A DNA stretch of 60,033 bases, counting the filler, from Sphacelaria rigidula (lineage: Eukaryota), in the NCBI GenBank assembly GCA_964200075.2. It is 9 parts of 9 records of this genome, joined end to end, with 100 filler letters (N's around TTAATTAATTAA, not from the genome) between each part and the next. Parts side by side here need not be neighbours in the genome. Positions count along the whole stretch, not along the records: positions 46,772 to 53,352 come from CAXNAA020019234.1; positions 53,453 to 60,033 come from CAXNAA020019235.1; 7 more parts are not named here. One strand, written 5' to 3'. Positions 50,760 to 60,033 of the stretch are shown here, piece by piece; within the stretch, counting starts at the first letter, position 1, and the number at the start of each line of letters is the position of its first letter. Both the position numbers and the translations under genes were made by a program. The notes under the pieces were generated by a model. The model saw nothing but the letters and a program-made list of their open reading frames with translations. It searched no databases and was not told the DNA's origin.

Positions 50760-52640
50760 AACCCTACTGCTTCAAGTTGAAGCTCCAGGCGTTGCCGCTG
50801 GACGGAGTAACGTTGCACTCGTTCACATATGACGCCGCTGTCGCCGTATGCTTTGATCTTTGCATTTTTATGCTTAGGTTATGCATACGCCACTTCGGTT
50901 TTACCACATGCTATCGTTTTATTTATTATGATACTGTTACAGGATGGCTGTACAAGATGACTGAACCGATTTTAAACGACCCACACTATTTCCTTCATAA
51001 CACTGCGGTTTGGTACCGCTGCATTCGATTGGCTTCACGACGAAAGTACTGTATCGAGGCTGGCAGTCAGGGCTTGATGTTCCACTTCGTTCACCAACGC
51101 CGGTCATGCTTGAAAATTGCTGTTACCTCAAAACCTGACATTCTGACCGTTATGCAGCTTCGCAACGCCGCCGCGTACCGTTATCCGTCATGATTCTGCA
51201 GCTTTCCAATGCTGCCGCGTGTTAGGTGAAAATGATGTTGAGAAGGATGGCGGTTAAGTGAACGGTACGCATGAGGTGTAGAATGTTTGCGTCTATCAAC
51301 TCCGAAAACGCATCGCGACCTGTCTGTGGTGGATCTCCATTGAATCACGAATTACGCTGGCTACAAGACTAAGCAGCCAATTCGTCTTGAACGGAAATTG
51401 CGAGGTTTGAATAGGCGAACATGAGGCATTTATCCTACCCCCTGGTCAGGGGGGGCAGGTCATTGATAGTCGGAATTATATATCATTTCAACCCCATTGC
51501 TTCAAGTTTAAGCTCCAGGCGTTGCCGCTGGACGGAGTAACGTTGGACTCGTTCACACCTGACACCACTGTCGCCATATGCTTTGATTTTGCATAGTGAT
51601 GCTTGGGGTGCATGTTGCATGACAGCGGTCTCCATATATATATATATATATATTATATATATTATATATATATATTATGTATATGGATTTAACAGGATAG
51701 TGGGTGTTTGAAGTGTAATTCCCCGCCCCAAGTAGCGACGTGCATCAGTCGGCAAGCGTTGTTTCAAGTACAATCGGTCTGCTGCTGTCTAACCTTGCTT
51801 TTGCCTTGACACGTTGTAATCGAGAGGCAGACCACCAAACAGATCGTGAGTGAAGCGCACGAAGGCGTACCCGGGGAAACATGATGTTACATGAAGCCAG
51901 GGGGGGTATCACTTGCGACCACGTACAAGACCATGCTATGCTTGCTTTACACGCCGTTCCAGGTCAAATCTTTCGCACACAGTAATGAGAACGTTGAAGC
52001 GATGAATCTTTACAACCCGTCATGTGGGTGAAACAAACAATGCTCCTCTATAAATTGCGCAGATGTGCCTTTACGCCGCCCTGTCGTTGTGAGTATGCCG
52101 ACGCTGTACGGTATCGTGAACTGCTGTCTGTACTACTGCTTGCTACCGCCGTATTCGCTGTACACAATATTGTGTTGCTGCATTCGCGTCCTGACTGAGT
52201 GTTTGTTGGCCTTGGTGTAAATGTGCGACAGCCGATTGCTTGACAGAGTCAACTTTCCTGGTTCATGATTCACGCTACACATGAGTCGTACTGCGATACT
52301 TTTGGATACCGACGCTCGGTTCTTCTACATGCTACCGTCTGATTGAGTTATGATTGCTGTTGCAATATCGCTGTACAGGATGACGGTACTGACTGCTTAC
52401 GGCTTGCACCATCTCCTCGATGAAATCCTTGACTTCGTACTCAGTCTAACAGGGCATGAGTGTTGTGCTTTCACTGTGGGAACAAAACTGTTCCGAATTT
52501 CCATCGAATCACGAATTATGCATGCTACCAGGCTAGGCAGCCAATTTGTCGTGAACGGAAATTGCAAGGTTTGAATGAACGAAACATGAGGCATTTAACC
52601 TACTCCCTGGTCAGAGGGGGCAGGTCATTGAGAGTCGAAA
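50760..52640 (+). repeat. Segmental direct duplications within a degraded region
   Basis: ~50760-50890 matches ~51490-51610 (GCTTCAAGTT..AGCTCCAGGCGTTGCCGCTGGACGGAGTAACG); ~51335-51475 matches ~52500-52640 (GAATCACGAATTA...GGGGGCAGGTCATTGA). Confidence 0.85.
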
Positions 52641-53126
52641 TGCTTTATTGTCATGAAAACTGGATGGAACCTCCACGTGACTCCCCCTGTTTGATATTTT
52701 GCGCCATTGGTATATATATTCAAAGAGTATATGCGAGCCATTCATGAGTAAAACAAATGGAGAGTTATGTGAAGTTGTTTCGATTCTGAGAAATCAACCC
52801 CAACCATGTACTTCTAGTTTATATTTCCACTGTGAATACGTGGGTGGATGTTTACAGGTCCACTACTGAACATACCATTATTTGATTAATATTACCTGCA
52901 GCGGTGCGTCACAGGACTGCATGAAGCCTGCAACAGTTGCTCGTCAACAATTATTGGTGGTGCCCTCCTGCCAATTTCTGTGTACCTATTCATGAGTGTG
53001 ACAATCAACCCAGATCCACAACGATTGAGCGGCTATGAGTGAAGCTGCATGCTAATGTGTTTGCATGAGACCACCAGACGGATGCTCCGTCAGTTCCTGT
53101 TGATCGTCTATACTCGTGCAGGCTCC

Positions 53127-53252
53127 GACAATCAACTCGAAGATGACCGTCTACTTGTGCACGCTCTGACAATCCATTCGAAGATGACCGTCTACATGTG
53201 CGTGCTCCCACAATCAATTCAAAGATGACCGTCTACCTGTGCGCGCTATGAC
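53127..53252 (+). repeat. 41-bp minisatellite, 3 copies
   Basis: Unit ACAATCAATTCGAAGATGACCGTCTACNTGTGCNNGCTNNN. Confidence 0.9.
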
Positions 53253-53352
53253 CGTCCCCGGGGCAGGACTACATTCTTCTGGTCTTGAGAGTCCATGGGT
53301 TCCACACATTCCTTTGCCGAGATTTACGCCGGAAATAATCTGATGAAAGTTG

Positions 53353-53452
53353 NNNNNNNNNNNNNNNNNNNNNNNNNNNNNNNNNNNNNNNNNNNNTTAA
53401 TTAATTAANNNNNNNNNNNNNNNNNNNNNNNNNNNNNNNNNNNNNNNNNNNN
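53353..53452. other. Artificial contig linker
   Basis: N44-TTAATTAATTAA-N44. Confidence 0.99.
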
Positions 53453-53625
53453 GTTTCGGACAGCGCTGTAAGCTCACAGAGTCGATAAAATGCGCTGAAG
53501 AAGTATCTACGCGATCGAGGGGCATTAGGCCGATAAGAAAGTCATTGGGCACCATCGCTGAAAGCGCGGAGAAAGTACTGTTTTGAGCTCGAACCTCATT
53601 TCATTGATGAACCCCATTTTATAGA
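53453..53625 (+). repeat. Repeat family C copy
   Basis: Matches 26004-26158 and 40119-40290. Confidence 0.88.
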
Positions 53626-53784
53626 ATCCTCTGTTCTTGCTCATTTCACGCATAGTCTAGATAGATACCCACCAGACACAACAACAATACGAGTAGTCTA
53701 CAAGTTTACGAGAGGAAGCGAGTGAGGCCATCACTACTTCATAACTCCATCGATACGCTTGGGTTTCTTCCTGCGTCGGACAGA

Positions 53785-54165
53785 TCAGCTTCTTATAGCT
53801 CACGCTAGCTCTTTTCTAGCGTAGCTCCCTACTGAGGGCCTTTATTAGCTATGAGAGTTACATGCTACCATGTTTGCACTACAGTAGGTGAGCCACCAAC
53901 CAATCGGTGGCTCATCAGCGCATATTCGCCCTGAGTGGGCTACGAGAGCTGCATGAGCTAAGGACACGTGTTCGCCCTAGGTGAGCTACCAACCCGTAGC
54001 TCACCAGCACAAATTTACGGTGAGAGCCATGAGAGCTTCATGACCGACGCGTGTTTGCCCTAGGTGAGCTATGAGACTACATTAGCTACGTATTACTGCC
54101 CTGGATGGGCGATGAGAGCTACGCGAAGTACGCGTGTTTACCCTGGATAAGCTACCGGACGTGGT
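53785..54165 (+). repeat. Degenerate AGCT-rich tandem array (~85-95-bp period)
   Basis: Recurrent GTGTTTGCCCTAGGTGAGCTAC...GAGAGCT motifs. Confidence 0.65.
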
Positions 54166-54324
54166 CACCAGTCACGAAGAAAGGACGTGAAGGTAAATCG
54201 ATCAGCACATGGCAGTTTAAACATCTTCAATCCTCGGTGTAGTTTGGTGTATTCTAGATGCCCAACTTACACAGTGTAGAACGTGCCTATCTGCTGTATG
54301 AAAACACATATTATATTCCCATAT

Positions 54325-54777
54325 AACACCTTATTCGTGAGATTCAGAGCGTAATATCGGATTCAGAGTGTATACTCTAGCGTTTCTTACAGTTTTTTTT
54401 TTTTGCTTGAGCACACATCCTGTGCATGCAGCTACCGTACAGTACCCCATTCGAGGAATTCGGCGGTCTGGTTGGTGAGATACCGCACAAGGCAGTTTCA
54501 CGCCTAGGGGGCATTTCGGAACTGAAACTGTTTCAGGCACTAATCGGTTTTTCCTGAAAGAGGGGATCTTTTGTTGCAGTGGACTGACTACGTCGTTGCG
54601 ATCAAGTCATGTGTCAAATTGATCGTGTAGGTGACAGCTTTCATTGAAGCCACCGCTTCACCAGCTGGACGCATTACTCCTCCAACTGGGGCGATGTCAA
54701 GATCGACGGACAGGTCAATTGCTTCGGGTCTCACTCTGAATCCGATGTTACACTCTGAATCTCACGAATTTAGTGTT
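54325..54777. mobile_element. MITE with ~55-bp TIRs
   Basis: Left AACACCTTATTCGTGAGATTCAGAGCGTAATATCGGATTCAGAGTG and right CACTCTGAATCCGATGTTACACTCTGAATCTCACGAATTTAGTGTT are inverted; each arm carries a doubled GATTCAGAG motif. Confidence 0.85.
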
Positions 54778-55984
54778 TAGTCTCGCACACATTTGTACTA
54801 CTAAAGGAAAAGCTCTGAAACGCCCAAGGTGTTCCATTTCCGTAGTCATTTTCGATTTCTAGTGAAACATGAATGATTAGGGGGCACCACTCAACGTGCG
54901 TGATAGACTACCTGAATCAGAACCGATGAACACCAAACTTCGGGAGATTACTATCATAACGTATTTCGATAGGTTGAAGGAGAAAAAAAATGGAAACAAT
55001 AGCTTTCGTCGAGTACGGCCTTGCCAAACACCGACTTAATAGCGAAATTTGTTCCGAAAAACAGGGGAGAGACGATTTTCATCCCCGCGTTAATCTTTAT
55101 TCTCCTTCTCTTCTTGGAGACGGACCGCACTAATCTCAAAAACATTTGTACCAAAGCAAAGGTCTGAGACGTCTCAGGTCGCGAGACATCAACTGCTGCG
55201 TAAAGTGTACCGTAATTGAAACATGGGGTATTTTAGCCGCATTTTTCACGTCGATTGAGCCATACTCCACATCTAATCCTGCAACTTGGTTTGATTATTT
55301 TTCAATTTTGAAAAGCTTGGGTGATAGAGAATCAAATTGTCTCTCTCCGGATTCTCTGAGCATTGTTCTACGTGTCGTGGTTCCCCCGAACCAGAGTTTT
55401 CCCCGCCAGGTGCCTGAAGCGTACCTAAATTGGGACATTTACCTCTACGATAAAAACCACGGTGTTTGCTAAACACCACCCGCCACAGTGAAGGAAAACC
55501 GCTCATGTTGGGACAGCGCGATGCGAGCTGTGGAGTCTACGGGCAATGTGTGCGACAGAACAAGCGGTGAGGAGTTTCGTATTGGATTCACGGTCCGTCT
55601 TGGCAGCGTGTAGCGAAGGTGGACTCATTTTTGTTGTCCCACGTGTGCGTGGGGTGTTGGCGTACTGTATGATACACATGAACGGTCGCCGCGAACAATA
55701 TATGTCACGCTCTCTGTGAGCAGGAAACAGTGATATGCCCCGTGTAGTTGCTGTGTCCGATGATACCGCTGCAACATGCGAGGTTTCCTTCCGACCCGCC
55801 CACAAGTGGCTGCATACCTGTACTTGTTTACAGTAGTACGGTAGGTTGTTGCCATTGTGCTTCACAACAACAGTACTTCTGCAGGTGGCTGGACTTCGGG
55901 CGGAGCAGTGATCAGTACAACAGTACAGTCACTACAGCATAGTGCTGACATAGGTATCCATAAAAAACGTGGCTCTTGAACTTT

Positions 55985-56665
55985 GTGGGAACGCGGCTAA
56001 TCATCCCGCAGTCGGAGAGGGGTTTGGAGATAGCAGCGTGAATGAACGATACTAAACAGCGGATCGCGAAAAATGGGGTCCACCTGAAATGAGGTTCAAG
56101 TGGCATATCTTTTTTGCAGGGATGAAGCGTAACAGTAACACAGAGCGACACCATATTTCTCCCCAAAACTCTGGAGTAGAGAATCAGTTGTGGCTAAATG
56201 CACCGAACGACTGCGGTGTACACGCGTGTCGATGATGATATCACCAGAAAGAGAAGCAACGACAGAGAGGAAGCTCCTCGGCCGTGTCCTCTGTGTACCC
56301 TTGCTGGGAGATTACCAACCGCTCGACAGATTGGCATCATGGATGTTACACGTACGGATTTGTTCATGTGCCGGTAGGTATCACCAAAGAACATCGTGCT
56401 GCGGAGTATAGAGTATAGAGTGTAATATGAATAGAGATATCTACTGTCCACGGCAGCTGACCGTATCCGCCGACGCTTCGGCAATGAACCACGCGACACA
56501 CAGCTGGGCGTCCCCCCACCGCCCCCCCCCAAAAACAAACCCTCAAGTTTTCTACCTTGGGGCCTACGTGTCCCGAACTCTTTTTTTCGCTGTCCTCTGG
56601 AACACGGCTGATTATTCCGCAGTCGGAGAGGGTTCTGGATATAGCAACTTGAATGAACGACGCTA
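55985..56665 (+). repeat. Two direct copies of a short repeat
   Basis: GGAACGCGGCTAATCATCCCGCAGTCGGAGAGGG...TGAATGAACGA at ~55988 and GGAACACGGCTGATTATTCCGCAGTCGGAGAGGG...TGAATGAACGA at ~56599. Confidence 0.75.
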
Positions 56666-56853
56666 TACCTTCACAAACTGAGCAGAGCAAACACGCAGAG
56701 ACGTCCTCAGCACAATCGCAACAAACAGAGCCGCACATTACAGTCGCCATACTGTTCCAGGATTGTCGGTAAAAAGTGCAGCGGATTACCCGACCGTAGG
56801 GACTGACCTGCACAACAGTGTTTTTCTCATTGTCCTTCTCGAAGTGACAAGGA

Positions 56854-57247
56854 GACACTTTCTATGATGCCCCCCCCAAACAACAACCGCGCTCGGTGGT
56901 TGGAGTGCGAGCCTGGTCCGGCGAAAACCCGGCGTGCTCCGCCCCGGTTTTGTAGGGACGCGAGGTCAATGGTCTTATGACTATGGCATGCATGATCATG
57001 AGTACACCCCAAAACCAACCCACAAGTGTCACGACAAAAATGACCATTCAGCGCCTGATGTATGGGTTCAGGCTGCATGAAGCGCCTCATATTGGCGACA
57101 TTGGCGAGAACGAACCCAGGCGTGCGGATTTCCTCGCTGCTCGTTGTGCTCGTTTTTTTTCATTCCGATTTACGTGAAGACTTTGCCTCCCGAAACCATC
57201 CGCTCTCGGGGGGGGGGAGGGGGGGCTACTGTATCACAGAAAGTGTG
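56854..57247 (+). mobile_element. Longer (394-bp) copy of the 4-bp-TSD MITE (TSD AGGA)
   Basis: AGGA|GACACTTTCTATGATGCCCC...GGGGCTACTGTATCACAGAAAGTGTG|AGGA. Confidence 0.85.
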
Positions 57248-57989
57248 AGGAACAAATGTAGAGTCATCTTGAGGTGTGCTGAGCGTTCTCGATTGGAAGA
57301 AATAAGGGACATTTGGCATAGCTTACGGAGGACTTGATGAAAGTGCACTCCCGTACCTCTCGCCCTTCTGTGATCAGTGTGTGTTTGTTTTCCCTCTTAT
57401 GCCGGTGGTTTTCAACGTGACAAAAGAAGATACCTACATACCTCTGTTTGATCGCTTCCATCTCGACAACAGGTTTTGTACCAGCTGCCTTCTACTTTCT
57501 GATGAAGCAGTCGGTGCTGCTTGAATCAGCGTGTGCTCGAAGAATTTCGTCTTTCCCTTGCCCAAGAAGTAAAATTCCAACAAACCATCCAACCATCCAT
57601 TCCAAACCAACCAACCACTTAATTGATCAATTCATTCACATGTATATACACTCGTATATATACATTCCTTCTCTTTTATCGGCACTCTGACTCGACGAGG
57701 TATTCCCCAAGAAACCCCAGTCACTTGATGGATCGGGATTCCCGTGTCTTTGGGCTCTCCTCCCAATCAAATGTTACACACTCAATCTGGCGGAAAGATC
57801 ATTCATACGAGTAGTAGACTAAAAATTGAGAAGCAGAAAGAACAAAAAATATGTACCCCGGGTTACGCCAAAAGGAAACAAAACAAAATCAGGCAAAGCA
57901 GGGTAACTATCAAACCCCCAGGTCGAATTCGCCTTCTTCAGTGCATTTCCAGTCGGAATAAATGTCTAGTATCCCATTTCAACACTGAT

Positions 57990-59000
57990 TCGCTTTTCGC
58001 GTGGATGACTGTGGGAACCTGTCGAGTGCTACCACTTGTACCCAAACCTTCAACAATCGCTCCAGCGTATCTAAGTGATTATGAGTACAAGCCTCTCGAC
58101 GACAGACTGCACCGGCTGGCGCAAGTCGAACATCATCACGTTGGTGGATGTACACACGTGCCGGTGCACGAGCAGGGCGAGTGTAAAAGGCGTTGGCAAC
58201 GTGACCAAAACAATCAACCAGATCGCTGCAAGACGATCAACTTCATTGTACTTTACGTCTCGGGATGCAGGGGTGGCTGGAAATCGTGTAAGGCTTGTAC
58301 CTCCTTGGAAACAAGGGCGTCCACATGTAGAGATGAAAGAACACAGCAGTCTGGCCTAATGCAGGATGGTCGATCGTCACCACACGGCACGCACTCATCT
58401 CGATACCAAAACCCTGAATCTCGTAAGGCTTTTCGACAACGTCTGTATCTCACATACAAGCGCCGTTGATATTATTCGACAATCAAGTCTTCCGAAGGCA
58501 TATGAATTGAAGGTACACGATGACACGAACATGCTCGGGATAGGGCGACGCTCTCCTGTATGCCGTTTCGTCAGACCATGCGGTGACTCGATCGCCCGCC
58601 TCTATATAGTAGAGCTTCCCCGCTTCCAAGTCGCCGCACTACATGAGTCACTTCACAAAGACCAGCAAGATATTCGCGTCCGATGCAGGCGTCAACGCCC
58701 GTGTTTGCAGCGCCCGTCTTGATCTTCCCGCCAACTATTCCACACCCCGGACAATGTATGGTTAATAGATTCATAGGACAAGATTGTACCAGGTTGAGTA
58801 CAGGTCTATTGCATCTATTGTCGATCGACAACAGCTGCAGTTAAACTTGTACAGTCGTGGCCTATTGCATCTTTTGACCATATATTGTCCAGGGTGTGAA
58901 CTATCCTGACGCATTCGGTGCCACCTGCGAAGAGAAACAACATGGTGCCCACCTTTGAGGCTATAGATTTTTCGATTGAAGAAAAGTCACACCTGGCCAT
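57990..59000 (-). pseudogene. hAT (DUF659-type) transposase remnant
   Basis: Minus-strand fragments IDNRCNRPVLNLVQSCP..GKIKTG..CIGREYLAGLCEVT, PALGQTAVF and RCQRLLHSPCSCTGTCVHP follow the order of the hAT/DUF659 motifs DxW..RPLINF..CP, IG.E.V.Q..TDN, PxxTRF and RW..LHSP.H.A...LHP. Confidence 0.6.
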
Positions 59001-59119
59001 CTTTGAAAGATTCTCGACTGGTTAGAGCTAGCATTACCCAACAATTTCTTCCATCAAGGATCGCTGCTACGCTGGCTCCTCGAAGGCATTCATTGACGGG
59101 AAATGTTGGGCCACAACCA

Positions 59120-59855
59120 ACAAAGCATCCTGAAAAATAGGGTTGTGAACACCCACGTGGGCTTGAAGTCGCCTTCCGGAAAGTCACGTTTTACTTGAAA
59201 CAGTTTCGCGAAAACAGCAAACTGAGGATTTACTTGTCTGTTGAAATTTCCCTTAGTTTGTCTTCTCGCGCGTTGTTCTCCCGGTGCCTCAACCCATATA
59301 TGTATATAAATACAGATGTGTAAATTTTCGTACATTCGAAATGGCTCTCACCAGGTGACGGAAGCCGGTTCTTATCGGATTCCCTCATATTGGAACTAAA
59401 TGGTTTCGGAGTTTTTTTCAGTCCTAGGAAAGTTCTCAATGAGCAGGAAGTTTGGCACCTATGATATTCACTATTTCTACATCTATGAAACGCTTTCAGC
59501 AACGGGATTTGTTTTTCCGAAATACCAACGGCGGCACTTCACGTCTCATTTTCTCCATCATTTTGAGATAGTTCAAAAACCTGCGGAACAATTTGTGACC
59601 AAACCTTAACGAAGCCGACGAGAGGCATACTCTCACCTAGTGATAACCGTTTTGAATTTGCGAAGGCGATACATGTGGCAACATGGCTCTAGACACCGGA
59701 GCAAAAATGCGCGACAAGGCAAGCCAGAGGAAGTTTCAATGAAGAAAATCCTCAGTTAGGGGTTCTCGCAAAACCATTTCACGTCAAATGTGACTTCGAG
59801 GGAGATGACTTCAACCCCATTTGGGTGTTCAATCATACTATTCAGGATCCTTCGT
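59120..59855. repeat. Long degenerate inverted repeat (foldback/MITE-like)
   Basis: ~59120-59300 is a diverged reverse complement of ~59685-59855 (ATCCTGAA..GAACACCCA..TTGAAGTC..AAGTCAC..AACTGAGGATTT..CTCCCGGTG). Confidence 0.7.
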
Positions 59856-60033
59856 TAACTTACCATGCTTCCGACCGTCTTGCCTCGTCAAATAACCTGC
59901 GCTCTCCGAATCTCGTCCAGGAGACGCCTGGTGGACACGGTGTCTTCGTGACTTTCACCAAACGTTTTCGTGCGAATCGTAAATGCCCTGTCGCAGAGCT
60001 CTTCGCCCTCACCGTACTTCCCCTGCACGTGTA

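Noticed and set aside
53127..53252. CRISPR-like array
   Set aside because: The 15-bp 'spacers' are similar to each other, so it is a 41-bp minisatellite; there are no cas genes and the context is eukaryotic.
6583..53452. Regularly spaced TTAATTAATTAA motif as a biological periodic element
   Set aside because: It is embedded in fixed-length N runs and is a standard six-frame-stop scaffold linker.
57744..58469. 241-aa plus-strand ORF
   Set aside because: It is an antisense shadow of the minus-strand hAT remnant.
1..60033. Endogenous giant virus or prokaryotic defence/operon system
   Set aside because: No gene-dense intronless region, viral hallmark genes or operon structure seen.

Overview
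This is not one locus. It is nine unrelated contigs (four of 6582 bp, then five of 6581 bp, apparently size-sorted) joined by an artificial 100-bp linker (N44-TTAATTAATTAA-N44). Contigs: 1-6582, 6683-13264, 13365-19946, 20047-26628, 26729-33309, 33410-39990, 40091-46671, 46772-53352, 53453-60033. The DNA is eukaryotic and repeat-rich, with GT-AG introns, long repeat-filled introns and CCCTAA repeats; it most resembles a brown-algal (Phaeophyceae) nuclear genome (inference). The content is mostly decayed transposons: an intron-containing P-element/THAP9-like DDE transposase with N- and C-terminal Zn-finger modules, a Copia gag interrupted by a gag-only LTR element, two hAT remnants, a Copia RT fragment, LINE 3' ends, tRNA-derived SINE-like elements and several MITE families (one with 4-bp TSDs, one carrying telomeric repeats). 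Two host-gene fragments are visible: subtilisin S8 protease exons and a possible TFIIIC/GTF3C1-like multi-exon gene. I found no CRISPR array, rRNA, intact tRNA or prokaryote-type system, and no convincing new multi-gene system. The atypical P-like transposase and the shared gag-like domain are the best leads. All protein assignments come from motif recognition by eye, not from database searches.
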